Origin: Candidatus Cloacimonadota bacterium | GTDB lineage: Bacteria > Cloacimonadota > Cloacimonadia > Cloacimonadales > Cloacimonadaceae | Assembly: GCA_028695495.1 (NCBI GenBank) | Contig: JAQVIX010000006.1 | Coordinates: 335-64,334 of the forward strand | Length of the DNA: 64,000 bases | Direction: 5' to 3' | Shown: positions 61,966 to 64,000 of the stretch, piece by piece | Layout of the letters: the number at the start of each line of letters is the position of its first letter | Position numbering within the stretch: position 1 is the first letter of the stretch | Translations under genes and position numbers: made by a program | Notes under the pieces: model-generated | What the model was told of the DNA's origin: nothing | What the model saw: the letters and a program-made list of their open reading frames with translations, nothing else | Database searches by the model: none

Positions 61966-63286
61966 CCTTGCCCCGCCCTTTGAAGACCAGACGGATGCTT
62001 ACGCCTTCAAATTTGAAGATCTCGCGGATTTGGTTATGGATAAATTTCCGGTAATTTTCCGTAATCAGCGCCGGCGCATTGCAGAAAAAGATAAAGACCG
62101 GTGGTTTTACCTGCGCCTGCGTAATATAATAGATCTTTACATGGCGTCCGGAAGGGTGCGTAGGCGGACGCTTATTTACCACGCGTTCCATGAACTTATT
62201 TAGTTCCGAAGTGGGAATGCGTTTCTCGCTTTCTTCCTCGATTTTCATGATGCTTTCCATCAGTTTATGAATGCGTTGATGCGTTTTTGCGGAGATAAAG
62301 ATTACCGGCGCAAATTGCAGAAAAGGCATTTCGTAATGCAGGTTTTTGATGTATTTACCCGTGCTGCCGCTATCTTTTTCTACCAAATCCCATTTGTTAT
62401 AGACGATTAGGATTTCTTTCATCTTGCGTTGGGCATAGCTGGCAATTTTGAGGTCTTGCTGCGAGATTTCCTCGGAAGCATCCAATACAAGCACTACGAT
62501 GTCGCTTCTATCCACCGCCTCAATGGTGCGCATTACGCTAAAGTATTCCACGCCATATTCCACCTTTGTGCGGCGCCGTAGCCCGGCGGTATCCACCAAA
62601 ATGTAATCCCGCCCATGGTAGCGGATGGGGCTATCGATGCTATCCCGCGTGGTGCCGGGAATCTCGGTGACAATCTGTTTTTCATCTTTTAAGAGCAGAT
62701 TGATGATGGAGCTTTTGCCCACATTGGGCTTGCCCACCACGGCGATGCGGGTATTTTCCTTTTTCTCTTCGTGCCCCGCCGGCATGGCATCTGGCATCAG
62801 CTTGCAAAGCTCGTCCAGGAAGTTGCCCGTATTTCTGCCATGCGAAGCCGAGATGGGAACGGCATCGCCAAAGCCAAGCTGCAGGAAGTCATAAAGCTCC
62901 CATTCCAGCTTCTCATTATCCGCCTTATTTGCCACCAATAATACACGGTCGCGATGCGGATAGAGAATCTTGGCAATGGCTTTATCCAAATCCGTTGCCC
63001 CCGTTTGCGCATCCACCATAAAGAGGATGATGTCGCTCTCCTCAATGGCAAGAAGCGCCTGATGCATGATCATCTTATCCATGCTGTCTGCGCTATCGTA
63101 CACGATGCCGCCGGTATCCACGATGATGAATACTTTACCGTTCCATTCCACCTCTTCGTGCTTGCGGTCGCGCGTGATTCCCGCTTCAAAATCCACAATG
63201 GCAGAGCGCTTGCGGGAAAAGCGATTGAACAAAGTGGATTTACCCACGTTTGGTCTGCCTAAAATTGATACTATATATTTTTTCAT
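61940..63286 (-). CDS. der: Ribosome-associated GTPase Der/EngA
   Basis: 448 aa. Two G-domains (GRPNVGKST...DTGG, GKPNVGKSS...DTAG) plus a KH-like C-terminus. Confidence 0.92.
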   Translation of the reverse strand: MKKYIVSILGRPNVGKSTLFNRFSRKRSAIVDFEAGITRDRKHEEVEWNGKVFIIVDTGGIVYDSADSMDKMIMHQALLAIEESDIILFMVDAQTGATDLDKAIAKILYPHRDRVLLVANKADNEKLEWELYDFLQLGFGDAVPISASHGRNTGNFLDELCKLMPDAMPAGHEEKKENTRIAVVGKPNVGKSSIINLLLKDEKQIVTEIPGTTRDSIDSPIRYHGRDYILVDTAGLRRRTKVEYGVEYFSVMRTIEAVDRSDIVVLVLDASEEISQQDLKIASYAQRKMKEILIVYNKWDLVEKDSGSTGKYIKNLHYEMPFLQFAPVIFISAKTHQRIHKLMESIMKIEEESEKRIPTSELNKFMERVVNKRPPTHPSGRHVKIYYITQAQVKPPVFIFFCNAPALITENYRKFIHNQIREIFKFEGVSIRLVFKGRGKDDPEYADD

Positions 63287-63504
63287 GCTTTTACTACCTT
63301 AATCTTAAATTAGTTCCAGCATTTTTTAAGCCCCATATTTGTCAAGAAATGCCGCTGAATTTCAAAGGAGACAGACGCTACGCCCATTACGAAGCTGCCA
63401 GTAGTATGCCCGAAAACCATCAAAAGGGGAATGTGAGGTTCAAGATTCTTTGTTGTATGTTCATTTTGTATTTCCGTATTGCCACGATAATCCTTTATTT
63501 TTCT

Positions 63505-63585
63505 GTGCATTAGCTGTGTTTGCGCTGCTTCCCCGTCCCTTCCCCGTCCGTTGTCCGTGGAAGCAACGGGTAAATAACGAGTTAC
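63505..63585 (+). repeat. Repeat family E copy 2
   Basis: CGCTGCTTCCCCGTCCCTTCCCCGTCCGTTGTCCGTGGAAGCAACGGGTAAATAACGAGTTAC aligns with the reverse complement of 2409-2480. Confidence 0.8.
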
Positions 63586-63793
63586 TAATGCTTTTCTTGG
63601 CAATGCCGATTTTGGTTTACCAAAGTTGAATTCATTTGAGGAGATTCATATTTGATAATAGGCGATGAAATATGACATTTATAAAGAATCATAAAACTCA
63701 AGCTTGTGCAATTTTAAAAGGCTCACTTTCAAACTTGGTGGGTAGCCATCGAATATATTGGATGCGATTATTTCCCGAAATGATGGCATCCTA

Positions 63794-63996
63794 CCAGTCT
63801 TGTCCCGTCAGGGACAGTGGTTCAGGTAGCCCAGGGTGTGCTTGCCAAAAACGAGCTTGCGAGTTTTAGGCAAGATCACCCTGGGTAATGGTTGCGTTTT
63901 GATGGTTGTCTTTTATCCCCCAGCCTCCCCTTAGATTTACTCCCCAAAAAAGCGTTTTTGGGGAGTAAATCTAAGGGGAGGGCTGGGGTTTTATTT
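63794..63996 (+). repeat. Structured element family C copy 2 (candidate ~200-nt ncRNA or hairpin recombination site)
   Basis: It has the same conserved modules as 32530-32732. Both variable hairpins have different sequence but retained pairing (CTTGCCAAAAAC/GTTTTAGGCAAG; AGCCTCCCCTTAGATTTACTCCCCAAAAA/TTTTTGGGGAGTAAATCTAAGGGGAGGGCT). It ends GGGGTTTTATTT. Confidence 0.8.
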
Positions 63997-64000
63997 ATCA

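Noticed and set aside
63672-63869. 65-aa ORF overlapping family-C copy 2
   Set aside because: It reads across the conserved hairpins of a repeat whose other copy has no equivalent open frame. It has no RBS.

Overview
64-kb chromosomal window from a diderm bacterium: it carries LPS-heptose genes, an outer-membrane beta-barrel candidate and gingipain-like surface proteins. My unverified guess is an uncultivated FCB-group/Cloacimonadota-like anaerobe. There are about 50 protein genes, almost all on the minus strand, packed into overlapping housekeeping blocks (rpsP-KH-rimM-trmD-rplS; adk-trkH-trkA-...-rluD-ribBA; der-plsY-purF-hldA-hldC-rseC-folB-folK/glmU-HIT-...-argS-rimI-nadB-tmk-ctpA-RR). 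I saw no rRNA, tRNA or CRISPR array. Accessory content: one intact-looking IS3-family element (11492-13041, 3-bp target duplication) and a solo IS-end remnant; a plus-strand island (31.4-35.1 kb) with an orphan N6-adenine DNA methyltransferase and an AAA+/DUF4143-type ATPase; and two adjacent giant secreted proteins, one C25/gingipain-like. Most unusual signals: (i) Six 0.7-1.1-kb non-coding blocks are assembled from at least six families of short structured repeats. These include a REPIN-like 240-bp element A, a 65-bp palindrome B, helically phased ATTCGTG arrays, and a ~200-nt element C whose hairpins differ in sequence between copies but keep pairing and a bulged G. (ii) A translationally coupled pair encodes a fused double-DUF1538 membrane protein and a single-chain triple-PII-like protein, a candidate uncharacterised PII-gated transporter. 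(iii) Several odd fusions or variants occur: CoADR-rhodanese-TusA-DsrE, FolK-GlmU-like, ArgS lacking the HIGH histidines, a C25 domain with Tyr at the catalytic His position, and a response regulator with a Cys-rich tail. All calls were made by eye from the sequence and the ORF track. No database searches, HMMs or folding programs were run, and family names rest on remembered motifs.
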